DNA of 62,656 nt, filler included, from Basidioascus undulatus (lineage: Eukaryota): the NCBI GenBank assembly GCA_000826855.1. It is 19 parts of 19 records of this genome, joined end to end, with 100 filler letters (N's around TTAATTAATTAA, not from the genome) between each part and the next. Parts side by side here need not be neighbours in the genome. Positions count along the whole stretch, not along the records: positions 1 to 2,138 come from JTLS01002916.1; positions 2,239 to 4,373 come from JTLS01002917.1; positions 4,474 to 6,603 come from JTLS01002918.1; positions 6,704 to 29,332 come from JTLS01000292.1; 15 more parts are not named here. One strand, written 5' to 3'. The notes below the pieces were generated by a model. It saw only the letters and a program-made list of their open reading frames with translations, had not been told where the DNA came from and did not search any database. Below are positions 1 through 11,996 of this stretch, in pieces. Each line of letters opens with the position of its first letter. Within the stretch, counting starts at the first letter, position 1. Position numbers and translations under genes: made by a program.

Positions 1-2138
1 CACCCCATCCCCTCCAGCTCCTCCAGCGCACGACACGCCACGGCGCACCCAACAGGGTGCGCCGTGTAGCTATGCCCGTGAAGCAGCGCGTGCTCCTTCT
101 TCGACCCCCGGAAGACGTCGTAGATCGCGTCGGAGGCTAGGGTGGCTGAGAGAGGGAGGAGCCCGCCCGTGAGGATCTTGGCGTAGACGGCTATGTCGGG
201 GGAGGCGCGGAGGAGGGATGAGGAGGGCGAGAGATGGCCTAGGCGGTGGAGACCGACGAAGACTTCGTCGAAGATGATGGGGAGGCCGGACCAGGTGGGC
301 GTGCCGGGAGAGGTGGAGGGGGAGGGGGGAGAAGGGGAGGGGGAGAAGAGCTGGGCCGAGGAACGCACGACGTCGATTAGGACCCGTTGGAAGAGTGGCT
401 GCGGTGGGGTCGCTCAGTCCTTCACTCTGGTCCAAGCCAGAAAAAGAAGAATGGAAGAACGGACATCAACCCAAATCATCCCCCCAGCGCCCATCAACGC
501 CGGCTCCAGCACGAGCGCCCCAAACCTCCTCCCCTCTCCACACAACCTCTCCAGCGTCCCTCGCACCCAGCGCTCATACACCCCCCGCAGCGGGTCTTCC
601 CTCAAGCGCCGCTCGACATCGTACGCGCCCTGCAGCCCGTCGGGGAGCTCCACCTCGCGGCCCCCGCCGGGGCACTCGGAGGGGAGGGCGACGACCGGCT
701 TCCCGCCCCGGAGAGTGAGGGAAGGAGGGGGGAACCAGTACCCCCCGCGCGGACGGTACCACTCTACGGAGGCGTTGTACGTCGACGGCTCGGACGCGTC
801 CATCGAGCCGATCGTGTCCCCGTGGTAGCTGCCTGCGAGGCCGAGCTGCGTCCCATAATCGCAATTAGGCTCTCTCTCTCTCTACTTCCCCTGGAAAGAC
901 CGGGTTGAGGAAGAGCAGACGGAAGAAGACGCACCACCCCCCGCTCCCCCCCCTCATCGCCGTACCGCCGCGCCACCGCGCGCAGCGCCATCTTGAGCGC
1001 TACCTCTATCCCCGTGCTCCCGTTGTCGCTGAAGAAGACCTTGCCCGCCCAGCCGCTCCCGACACCCTTGCCCGCTTCACCCGCCTTGGGGGAATGCCGC
1101 CCAAGCAGCCGCTCAGCCAGCTCGAGCGCGGGCGCGTGCGTGTGCAGAGGGAAGAGCACGTGCCCGTACCGGCCCGCGGCGTGCGCTGCAGAGAGGGTGA
1201 GGGAGGGGGAGGCGTGGCCGAGCTACGGACCGCAGCGAATTATGAGTCGGGCGGGCGGTAAGCGGGGAGAGGGGAAGAGAGGTGGGCAGAGAGTGAGTGG
1301 AAAGAAGGGAAGCAAAGTGAGGGGATGGGCAAAGGGGGATGACGGAGGGGCGGAGGTGAGGGAATAAGAGAGAGGGATCGAGACGGGTTTCAGAGGTGCG
1401 ACAAGGGAGTAAGAGGGTTAGCTGACGGGGAGAAGGGAAAGTAAAGGGGGGGAAAGACGTACGGCTTGCGTCCACCACGATGCGGACCCGTCGAGGGTAG
1501 GTGTAAGGAGGGACTGCGTCGCAGCGGGCGCGGGGGTGGGAGTCGAAGAGGCGGAAGCGGAAGACACGGGGGAGTTGCTTTTGTAGGTATCGAAGAAGTC
1601 GCCTGTCCCCCTCCTTTGTCATAAGCTGCGAAGCTGAAAACGCGGGGTAGAGCAACGCACCGTACGCGCTATCAACGACCGTCACATCCCCCCCACCCTT
1701 CACACTACTATGCTGCACGAAGGGGTACCAAACGCTCCTCACCGTCCTCTCCCCTGCCCCCTCAACCTCCCTCCTTCTCCCCTCCCACCGCTCCTCCAGC
1801 GCCTCTAGCGTCCCCCTCACTCCGCGCTCCTGCACAACAAAGTCATACCACTCCCTCATGGCCTTTTCATCCTCCGGCGACCCCTTCGGGTGCGCGCTGG
1901 TCGGAGGGGGGGGAACGATCCCGATGTGCGGGGGCGGGGTGAGCGGGGATTGGGGAAGGGAGCGCGCCCAGCGAGCGAGGTAGGTCTCATTGGAGTAGAA
2001 GGGTGAGGAGAAGATGAGGAGGGCGGGGATGGGGTACCCGCGGAGGAGGAGAGACTCGTAGGACGAGAGGGTCGTGGATATCCCCCCGAGATGGGGAGAG
2101 GCAATGAGGATTGTTGGGAGCCTGCCGGGGGGGGGGGG
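1..2138 (-). CDS. bioDA: Bifunctional dethiobiotin synthetase / 7,8-diaminopelargonate aminotransferase (BIO3-BIO1 type), internal spliced fragment
   Basis: Exons encode VWYPFVQH, VVDSAYG, VFFSDNGSTGIEVALKMALR, YHGDTIGSMDA, LVLEPALMGAGGMIWVD, IFDEVFVG and AKILTGGLLPLSATLAS (class III PLP aminotransferase with the catalytic Lys). Coding sequence continues upstream of the aminotransferase domain, consistent with the fusion. Confidence 0.88.
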
Positions 2139-2238
2139 NNNNNNNNNNNNNNNNNNNNNNNNNNNNNNNNNNNNNNNNNNNNTTAATTAATTAANNNNNN
2201 NNNNNNNNNNNNNNNNNNNNNNNNNNNNNNNNNNNNNN
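2139..2238. other. Artificial contig-joining spacer (first of 18)
   Basis: N44-TTAATTAATTAA-N44 gives stops in all six frames. It recurs at 4374, 6604, 29333, 31562, 33791, 36019, 38246, 40473, 42699, 44923, 47145, 49363, 51581, 53798, 56015, 58231 and 60444, each 100 nt. Genes are cut at these points. Confidence 0.99.
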
Positions 2239-4373
2239 CGTATCTCGCCCATGAGTCCCTCCGCCGCCTCCTCGTCCACAACCCCGTCCTTCACCACCGC
2301 GCCCCCCTTTCTCCCTCTCCCATCCTCCTCGTCCTCCCCCTGCTCCCCCCCAAGAAACCAAGCAAACTAATCTCTGACTTGGTGGACCCCCGCACAGCTT
2401 GAGTCCTCAACCTGCTACCTGCGCGGGCTGATCCACCTGCAGCTGAACGCGTCCGACCGGGCGAAGACGTGCTTCCTCGAGGCGCTCGCGCTGGACGTCA
2501 AAAACTATGAGGCGTTTGAACGGCTGGTGGGCGGCGGGATGATGCGCGTCGATGAAGGTCCGTTTTCTACCCCGCATTCTCTCCTTCCGCCTTCCTACTT
2601 CACCCACTCCCGCTTTGTTTCTTTTGTCTGCTTTTTTTCTTCCATTTTTTTCTCGGCTTTGTTTCACCGCACCCGCCCTGGCGCTTGCGGATGAGGAACA
2701 CAAAGCTGACTTTTCGAGTGGGGGGGTGGCACAGAATGGGAGTTCATCCAGAGCCTGTCGTACGCCGAGCAGACGGAGGAGGACGCCGAGTTTGTCAGGA
2801 TGATGTACACGATTCGGTTGAAGAAGGTACGCTTCCCATCTCCTTTCTCACACCTTACCTCTCCATCTCCATCCCTCTCCCTCCTCCCTTCATGTTCTCT
2901 TCTCTCTCTCTACGTCTCCTACCACCTCCCATTTCCTCTCTACCCCTTGCTGCCCTGCTCTACTCCCTCTCCTCCCACTTCCATCCCTTGTCCTTTCCCT
3001 CTCTTCCGTTTCGCACAGCAAACATTTATCTAACTTGCGAAATCCCATCCGCACCCCCCGCAGTACAAGCACGCCCCCGAAATGGCCGCGGCGCGCGCGA
3101 AGCTCGCGGACGAGTACCGGCTGGGGGAGAACGCGGACGTACTCCAGAGCTGGGCGGACACGCTCTACGCGCAGTGCCGGTTCGCCGAGTGCTTTGTAGT
3201 CACTTCCAAGTGCGTCCTTCCCCCCCCCCTTTCTCCCTTCTTCCCTCCGCTTTCCTCTTTTCTTCCACACCCGAGATGAGGTTGCTAACGGAATATGGTG
3301 GGGTTTTGTAACACTCCCAGGATCCTCTCGTCCCACCCATCCCACGCTCCCACGCTCCCCCTGCACCTCGCCTGCATGACACACCTCCCCACGCAGCGCG
3401 CGTCGGCGCTCTTCCTCCTCGCGCACGCGCTCGTCGAGCACGACCCGGACAGCGCGAGCAGCTGGTACGCCGTCGGCGTGTGGTACTACGCGGGGAAGCG
3501 CTGGGCGGAGGCTAGAAGGTTCTTCAGGTCCGTCTGTTGTCCTTTCTTCCTTCCCACCTCCCCGCTTTCTCCCCTCTTCACCTCCCTTCTTTGCTGTGGC
3601 GGTTGGTTGGGTGGTTGGTTAGTCTGACATGCTGGTGTGGGCGGTGGGGTGCAACAGCAAAGCAAGCCTCATGGACCCGCGCTTCGGCCCAGCCTGGCTT
3701 GGCTTCGCCCACTCGTTCGCGATGGAGGGCGAGCACGACCAGGCCATAACAGCGTACTCGACCGCCGCGCGCCTCTTCCAAGGGTCCGTCCCGTCCTCTC
3801 CCTCTCCCTCCGTCCCCGCTCTTCTTCTTTTCCCCTCATAAGCAAACAAGCGCTGAAAGTGTGTACACAGGACGCACCTCCCGATCCTCTACATCGGGAT
3901 GCAGCACCTCCAGCTGTCGAACCTCGTGCTCGCGGAGGAGCACCTCGACGCCGCGGCGCAGATCTGCGGGGACGTTGACCCGCTGTTATTGCACGAGCGC
4001 GGGGTGGTCGCGTACTACCAGGAAGAGTGCGTCCCTCCCTCCCTGTCTCTCTCTCCTTTCCGAGAAGGATGACCGCTAATGAGGCTTGGGGAATGCGGGA
4101 AGGTACGAGAAGGCTATTGGGCTGTTCCAGACTGCGCTCGAGCTCGCAAGGAACATGCAGAGCGGCCAGACGAGCTGGGCGATGACGCACCTGAACTTGG
4201 GGCAGGCATACCGGCGGTCGGGGTGCGTCTCCTCCCTCCTTCTCCCATATCTGTGCAAGGACTTGGATTGCTGATGGGATGGACGCTGCAGACGCCTGCG
4301 CGACGCCCAGCGCTCGTTCGAGCGCGTCATCGACCTCGACCCGCAGTGCGCCGCGGCGTACACGAGCCTCGGG
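2239..4373 (+). CDS. CDC16: Anaphase-promoting complex TPR subunit Cdc16/Cut9/APC6, internal spliced fragment
   Basis: [87 protein letters not shown] and [12 protein letters not shown], separated by GT-AG introns. Confidence 0.93.
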
Positions 4374-4473
4374 NNNNNNNNNNNNNNNNNNNNNNNNNNN
4401 NNNNNNNNNNNNNNNNNTTAATTAATTAANNNNNNNNNNNNNNNNNNNNNNNNNNNNNNNNNNNNNNNNNNNN

Positions 4474-6603
4474 ATAGGACTAAGGAAGGTGACAATAGGG
4501 AGAGGGTAGCAGAGGGTGTAGATGTCCTTGGTGAAGGGAGGGAGGGTATTCATTACAGACTGCGAAATCAAGTTTGTGTGCGCTGAACATTACATTAGAG
4601 CATACACAACCTTGAAGGAGGTATAATAGTGCAGCGCGATTGTTTAGAAGATTAATTAAGCATGAATGAGGATCTAATATAGTGGGAGGACATCCAAGAG
4701 GCTTTGTTGTTGGCATACTCACTGCGGAGTGAACAACATAAATACCACTGGCATGAGTGGCAGGGTGTGGGGACGTCAAACACAAGACAATCCTGACACT
4801 TGTGGTCCAGAAAAAGGTATTCATAAGAATATTACAAACAAGAAGTGTGAAAGAGTGGTGGCTTGACTGTGATGAGAGGAATCCGAGAGGCATGTTGAGT
4901 GTTGCATGAGTTCAATAAGGAACAATTTGGGTGCAGGATTGCCTTCATCCCAATACAAGGAGAAGAAAAATGATGGGTTTTTATACAAGCTATGTACACA
5001 TGATACTTCGGACAGTAGTCAGCCATGGCTTTTCTCCCTTATTTTCTGTCTTTCCAGTTATGCCATGCTCAGCAATCTTATGTGCAAGGATTGTGCCATT
5101 AGTGTACCAGTGGAGGGTCTGCGGTACTACCTTTTTCTCCGGTAGTACTTGGTGATATGTGGTTTTTCTGCACTGACTGCAATGAAGAGGTGTGCTTGTC
5201 CCAATTACCTTCTACACTTTTGTACACCCAAGTATGCTGTGTTCCAAGCCCAAGGCAACCCCCAAGCAGAAATTCAGTGATCTACACATCTTTAAAGTTT
5301 CTGTCCATGTGAGTGCTGGGTAGGCGAGCATTAAAAAGTGAGTTTATTGTGTTCTGACAGGCAGTGTAGCTGTCCAGTTCCATATCCACCCGTAGTCAGC
5401 AAAACCATCAGGGTGCACGCTGGTAAATTTCCTATACTTTCCATGAAAAGTATCACCTTTTTTTATTCGCCATACTGACAGACTCTGCTGGAGGCAGGCA
5501 TATGCCAGCACTGCAGGTGACACGGTGTCAGGAACTGAGCTGGGCCAGGGCAGACCGCAGTGGGGACTACCAGGAGGGTGGTGGCAAGGGTGCAGGTTGG
5601 CTGGGGACAGGACAATAGAGCAAGGGCTGGACAGAGTGGGGACTAGGGATAAGAGAGGCAAGATCAGATGGGGAGTGAGGCTAGCTGACCGGGGGCTTAT
5701 ATAGACAAGAGAGATGAGGTTGTCATGAATCTGACTGGGCAGGGCAGACCACAGCTGGGGCTACCAGCTGACGGGGCTTTATGGTGGCAGGGATAGATTA
5801 TGCGGCGAGGTAGGGCTAGGGCGTAGGGCAGGAGTGGGAGAGCAAGACCAGATGGGGAGCAAGTAGAGGGTAAGGGGGCACTCTTATAGCTACCAGAAGG
5901 GCTGTGTTGCCAAGAGGCGGGGGAGGGCGGGAGCGTGACAGGGGAGGTGACAATGGTGACAGTTGTCAAGAATCGGACTGGGTGGGGTATTCATGACAGA
6001 GGTGGAGCGGAAACTGCTAGAACTGTGGCAATGGGGTAGAGCTTGCTAGAATGTGGCAACTGGAAGCTGCTAGAAACTGTGGCAACAGTGTTGCTGGCTT
6101 TGTTCATGACACACAGTTCAATTCAACAATGCCAACAGTGCAACATGCCATTTGCAGTGCATGTTACTTCGTTAGTACCTTGCCGCATATTTGGGTACAC
6201 CAAGAGTTAAGTTGGGGACTGTTACATAGTAAGCAAGCCAGTCACCTTGGAAGATGAGAAGGGGCTAGAGGAAGTCCTTGACAGACGGTGCTTCAAGTAC
6301 CCTATGAACTATTGGGGGAGACTTCTGCAGGACTGTGGCAGGCAAAAGTGTGGAGAGCAGCATAAAGTGTGGGGCAGCACTGGAACATGGTGCAGACTGT
6401 CCTTCGGGCCATTTGGCAAGTTCGGCACACCCTCTGCTTATTTGTCATGAACGTCTTAACAAACATTCAATCCTCGACAACTGTCAAACCTTGCCACCTC
6501 ATTTTACGCTCTCACCCTTTCCTGACACACTCTCGCCCTCCCCTGTCACATTCTCACCCGAGACCCTCTCACCCTCCCCTGTCACATTCTGCGGCTTGCC
6601 CTT
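4474..6603. mobile_element. Degenerate CpG-depleted repeat/transposon relic, including probable LTR-like fragments
   Basis: Lower GC, with few CpG and many TpG/CpA, and no intact ORF. It has internal degenerate direct repeats (about 5545-5700 vs 5735-5890) and inverted segments beginning TGTCATGAA (leftwards from 5998, rightwards from 6443). Family not identified. Confidence 0.55.
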
Positions 6604-6703
6604 NNNNNNNNNNNNNNNNNNNNNNNNNNNNNNNNNNNNNNNNNNNNTTAATTAATTAANNNNNNNNNNNNNNNNNNNNNNNNNNNNNNNNNNNNNNNNN
6701 NNN

Positions 6704-7183
6704 AACAGCTTCTTCACCTCCCTCCCCTCCCCGCGCTTCACCCACGACGTCGCGCCGCATGAGCGGTCAGCAGGCCGGCTGAGCGCGCCGCACGTCTACC
6801 CGGGCGGCATGGCCGCCGCAGCCGCCAGCTACGGCTACGGCGCGCCGCCATCCGCGCACTCCTCCTTCGTCTCTGCCACCACCACCGCCAACTCGCACCT
6901 CTCGCGGTCCCCCGCGGTCTCCGAGCCGTCCTCCCCCGTCTTCGCGAATGGTGGCCCGGGAGACGACGGGCTCTCGCACCCCGGCACGCCTGTCGCTCCG
7001 TACGAGACGTACTCGGCGTACGCGACGTCCGCCGAGCCCTCGCCGTACGCGCGGCCGCTGTCTGCGCCGACAGCAATGGACCACACTGCCGACCCGACCG
7101 CGTCTTACGTCCCCCATCCCCCTCCGCATGCACACGCGCCGTCCGAGATCCATTCCCACTCCGGCTGGTCAGGCTTTTACTAG
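6704..7183 (+). CDS. 3' end of an unidentified gene (Ser/Pro/Ala/Tyr-rich low-complexity C-terminus)
   Basis: GC3-biased frame ending HSHSGWSGFY-TAG, followed by pyrimidine-rich 3'UTR-like sequence. Truncated by the spacer. Confidence 0.55.
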   Translation, partial: NSFFTSLPSPRFTHDVAPHERSAGRLSAPHVYPGGMAAAAASYGYGAPPSAHSSFVSATTTANSHLSRSPAVSEPSSPVFANGGPGDDGLSHPGTPVAPYETYSAYATSAEPSPYARPLSAPTAMDHTADPTASYVPHPPPHAHAPSEIHSHSGWSGFY

Positions 7184-8043
7184 CCCTCGTTTCGTCCAAC
7201 GACCCTTCCCTGTTGTGTTACCCCTGCATTTCGGCCGCCTCATTCCCAATCTCGCATCATCGTCGTCGCACCCACCCATCGCACTTTGTCACTCGCTTCT
7301 TTCGTTTCGTTTCGTCCTGTCCCGTCTCATATCGCGTACTTTTTTCTTCTTTCTCTCATCTCGTTACCTCTTCATTCCCGCTCTGCACTCACCCCACAAA
7401 TTAGTTGTCGCTTGACCCCTTTCTGGCAGTATCTTACCCGGATCGCCTGTTGTGTTTCCCCGCGTTCATTATACACTACCCGGAGTCCTGTCGCATACAC
7501 GCATGTCGCATACCATACCAAACCACCTGCTCTTCACTCTGCCTGACGTCTGCATCGGCTTTGCTCGCTGTGAGGTCTGGCTGGACTCCGTGACTCCGAC
7601 GAATGAGCGCTGGTATGTAGAATTTGCACAGGGCGTCTATACCAGCCCAGCGGAACCGATGCTGATCAGCAGATCTTTTGGCACCTTCTTCGCGTTTTCC
7701 AGACGCCCGCAAAGCGTTTTGCGGTTCTAGTCGGCCACGTGTGAGATTATCGCGATAAGGTTGCTCGCCAGCACGCGATTTTCTTCTATGTTGAAGACCG
7801 AAACGTGTCTCCACTGCTTCTAGCGTGCTGTTAGGTTGAAACGCCGCTATGCCCCCGTCCCCTCGAAGTGTTGATTCCACAAAATCCGGCCAATCTGCGT
7901 ACGCCGCCCTGTGTAACACTGTGCACTTTGGTGCAACGCTGTACAACTTCGAGGCCTGGGATGGAGCGTATCTCCGAGTATCTCTCACACACCACACGCA
8001 GAGCCAATGGAGTCGCAGAAACATCGAATAAATTCTGATACAA

Positions 8044-11000
8044 TCACGCCTTCGACTTCCTCTCAAAGTACAAGCTCTGGCGCGTGACAGTCGCCTCCCA
8101 CCCGGGGCACAGCACAAGCGTCTGCGTGTCGTCGATGATCATCGCCGGCCCGTTCACGAGGTCGCCGACCTCGAGCTTGGGGAGGAAGAACACGGGCGTG
8201 GACGTCCGCCCCTTGCGCTCGTAGTACACTTCCTGGTGAGAGCTCGCCTTCGCCGAGACGTCCACGGGCGCGGTTTGCAGCGTGCGCAGCTCGGCGAAGA
8301 CCGAGGTGGGCAGCGAGTCGTACGTCTTGCCGATGCCGCGGACCTGGTAGCAACGAGGGACAGCGGAATGTCAGTTGAAAAGTCCAATGGAAGTCGAAAC
8401 TCTGGCTTCGGACGCACCTTGACGTCGTCGACAACCACCTTGGCCTCGAGCAAGAAGCCGAACTCCGCCAGGTACGCTTCCTGCAAGCCCAGCACCACCA
8501 CACATCAGTTCCATGTCTCTTGCTTCGCATGCAAGTCTCTTCGAAAGCCTGCGCACCTTGAAGCTCTTCTCAAAGTCCCAGCCGTCCTTCTCGCTCGCCA
8601 GCGCCATGAGCGCCGTGTCGCTGCCCTCGAAGCGCATGTTCAAGAACGCCTCCGTCTTGACGCGACCCTCCTCCTTGAAGCCCTGGCGCCCGAGCTCCGC
8701 GCGGACCTGCCCCTCCAGCTTCGCAATGCGAGCGAGAAGGCCGGGCTTCGCAGACTCCGAGTAGGTCTCAGAGGAAGGCTCTTGCAGCTCGAAGGCGCTG
8801 AGCGAGGTGAACAAAGGGGTCAGTCGGCGTTAGAGAGGGAAGGGAGGGAATAGGAAGAAGACGCACCGGTCGGCGAGGGAGAGACCGTAGGCAGAAAGAA
8901 TGGAAGAGTACTTGTGGATGAGGACGCGCGAGATGCCGAGGTTCTCTGCGATCTCGCACGCGTGCTGGCCACCCGCACCACCGAAGGAGGCGAGACTGTC
9001 GCAAAATCATGATGAGCGAAGTCGCCCCAGGAAGTACTTCGACGAACATGCAACGTACATGTGCCTGTGCGTCGCAAAGCCCCTCGCCTCAGTCAGAGTG
9101 CGGATAGGACGGGCCATGGTCTCGTTCGCAACCTGTCCACCGCACCCACATGCGATGAGCAACAACACGACATGAGCACAGACTTGAAGAGTGCGAATCG
9201 AACCTTGATGAACCCGTAGACAATCTCGTCCAGGCTCAGGTCCGAGCCCGTCTCCCGCCGAACCTGCTCAGCGAGCTTGTCGAAGGCCGCGCGAGAGGCT
9301 GCGGGGTCGAGCGGCTCGTTCTCGTTCGGGCCGAAGCACTTGGGGAAGCTGTTGCAGGGAACCAGACATCAGCTCTGTGCTAGAACACACACAGTCAAGG
9401 TCAATGAGGAGACGCACTACTCGGGCACGAGACGGCCAAGGTAGAGGTTCGCGTCCGTGACGGCGAGAGGTCCGCCCTTCCTGCAAGTGTGCCCAACAGT
9501 CTATCTCAGTCTTCTACGTAACGCGCGAGGAGACAGGCAAAGAGTAAGGACGAACCGGTAGCACACGGGGCCTGGGTGGGCGCCGGCGCTCTCGGGGCCG
9601 GCGCGGAAGAGGCCATCGCGGAAGGTCAGGCACGACCCACCTCCGGCAGCGACGGTGTTGATGTCGAGCTGCGGGCTCTGAATCGACACGCCTGCGGTCG
9701 TCGTCTCGTACACGACCTCGTAGCGCCCGTCGAAGCGCGAGACGTCCGTGCTCGTGCCGCCGACGTCGAGACTGTCGCAGTCACAGTGCTTTCAGCAGCT
9801 ACGATGCGGCCAGGGATATCAAGGAATCACAACGCACCCTATAACCGGCGCGCGATCCTCCTCGTCCCACGACGTCAAGGCGTAACCGACAACACCGCCC
9901 GCAGGGCCAGAGAGGATGCTCTTGAGACCGGAGAAGTTCTTGGCGTCAAGGAGACCGCCTGCGGTCGAAAGCAAATTGTTCAGCTGTCTGGACTGTAGTG
10001 ATCATGAGAAAACAGACAGGCGCACCGTCAGAGCCCATGAAGCTGACGCGGTCAGAGGCGCGAAGCTCCTCGTCGAACCCGGAGAAGAAGCCGTCGAGGT
10101 ACGCGGAAAGGACAGGGGTGAGGTAAGCGTCGGCGGTGGCAGAGACGCCGCGGGGGACCATCTTTGGCGCGCGGAGACAAAAGTCAGCCTAGAGCGCGAG
10201 ATGTGAGAATGAAAAGGGAGATTATGGACCTTGATCATGGAGAGGAGCTGCGAAGATGCAGAGACCTGGGTGAAGCCCAGCGAGCGCGCGAGGTCCGCGA
10301 CGGCGGCCTCATGAGCCGGGTAGGTATAGCTGCAGGGCAGAAGAGATCAAGAGGTGCTCAAGCTTCTGAAATGAAGCAACACTGCAGCTTACGAGTGAGC
10401 GAACACAATCGCCAGCGAGCGATACCCCTCGTCATACAGCTTCTGCAAGTCGTTCTTGATATGCTCCATATCTTCATCCACGCATAATCCCGGTAAGCTT
10501 CCCAGGCGTTCTTTTCATATAATGAGCAATGGACGCACCAGGCTCCTCCAGGATCCGGACCGCCTCCCCGCTCACGCCGCGCACGATCTTGCCCGGGCCC
10601 TCGGCGTGCCCAACGCCGTCCCAGCCCTCCCCGCGGTAGCCCCGGACAACGTTGCCAGCCTCGTCGAATAGAACAGCGTTCTCTGCGGCGTGGGGGTCGG
10701 ACGTGAAGCCGACGAGCGTCACGCGCTCGCTCACTTCGAGGACGCTGGAGTACAGGGTGGAGGGCCTGCAGGGACGAGCGTAAGCGCTGGACTGGAAGGG
10801 AAATACGGCTGAGAAAAGGAAAGACGCACTTGGAGATAGCAAGGTCGAAGATGCGGGGACGGGACTGGTTGCCGATCTCGAGCAGGTCCTGTGTGCAAGG
10901 TGAATGTCAGAGAGCGTTGTCACTGACAGCGTTAGGCAGAAAAGCGCACCTTGAAGCCCTTGGTGATCACGAGCGCGTGCTTCTCGCCCTTGCGCTCAAG

Positions 11001-11426
11001 CAACGCATTCGTCGCGACGGTGGTAGACAGTCGGATGTAGTCTATGTTGTCCCACGCGAAGATTGCTCAGCCGAGGCAGCTCTTCAGGCAGTCCAAAGAA
11101 GACGACGCACCGAGCTTGGAAGAGTCCAGGGCGCCGCCACGGGGGATGGTCTTCCCGGACGCGATCTCTAGCACACGGCGGATACCTTCGGTCGGTGCAT
11201 CACGGTAGTTGGCAGGGTCTTGGGACACTGGTGGCCGATATCGTCAAGGGCTTCAGCTGCTCGCCCTTCGCTCCTGGCACACATTGAACGAGGACTTACG
11301 GAGCTTGACGACAATCTCTTTGCGCTCTCCGGAAGGACTAGGGAACGAGGCGTGAACATCACAGAAGGTGCCGCCGCGGTCGGCGCACACGCGAACGGAG
11401 CGGTCGGGAAGAGTCCAGGAGGCCAT
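8044..11426 (-). CDS. 5-oxoprolinase/hydantoinase A half (ATP-binding), stand-alone multi-exon gene
   Basis: Starts [24 protein letters not shown]. Contains [90 protein letters not shown] and MRFEGSDT. Ends [38 protein letters not shown], at the usual A/B boundary. Confidence 0.93.
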
Positions 11427-11996
11427 GATGGAGTGTCAGTGGGAGTATGCGATAAAGTGATCGTTGTTCAAGTTCAAGATGGAATGCAGAGTCAAGGATG
11501 TGAGTGGTAGTTGCAGTTCGAATGTCCGCGATTGATGAGCGGCTGCACAAGGCCAATCTCCCGAGCTGCGAAGAGCGGAAGTCGAGCGGTGCGGGGGCGA
11601 GGACGATGTCGCCAACTTGCGCGGACCTCAAGTCCGGGCGAGATGTGCCGCCGGGCCCCTGCCGCGTGCGCTCGTTATCTCCCTCCCCCGCCCAACTCCC
11701 GCCAGTCGTGTGCGCTCTGCGACCATGTCGGTGGGTACTTCCGGTCCCTGTCTATCCAAATTCTAATAAAGTTCCGGTCCATTTCCCTGGCTTCACCTGG
11801 AGCGAGCCCGAGAGAGAGCGAGCGAGGCACTCCGAAGCGGGAAGCACGAGGACGTCTTCCTTCAACTTGCCATCCTCATCCACTGACTTCTCTCGAGCTC
11901 AACAACTCGCACACCCCCACTCATCACATCCGCACATTACTCTCTCTTGATCAATCCCAACTTACCATCGCGCTCCCCGTCCCCTCGAAGCCCGCG
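11427..11996. promoter_or_regulatory. Putative bidirectional promoter between the two oxoprolinase halves
   Basis: 570 bp between divergent ATGs. Contains GAGCGG x3 (11537, 11573, 11584), TTCCGGTCC x2 (11739, 11772), CCAAT (11553), and a pyrimidine-rich leader before the B-half ATG. Confidence 0.7.
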
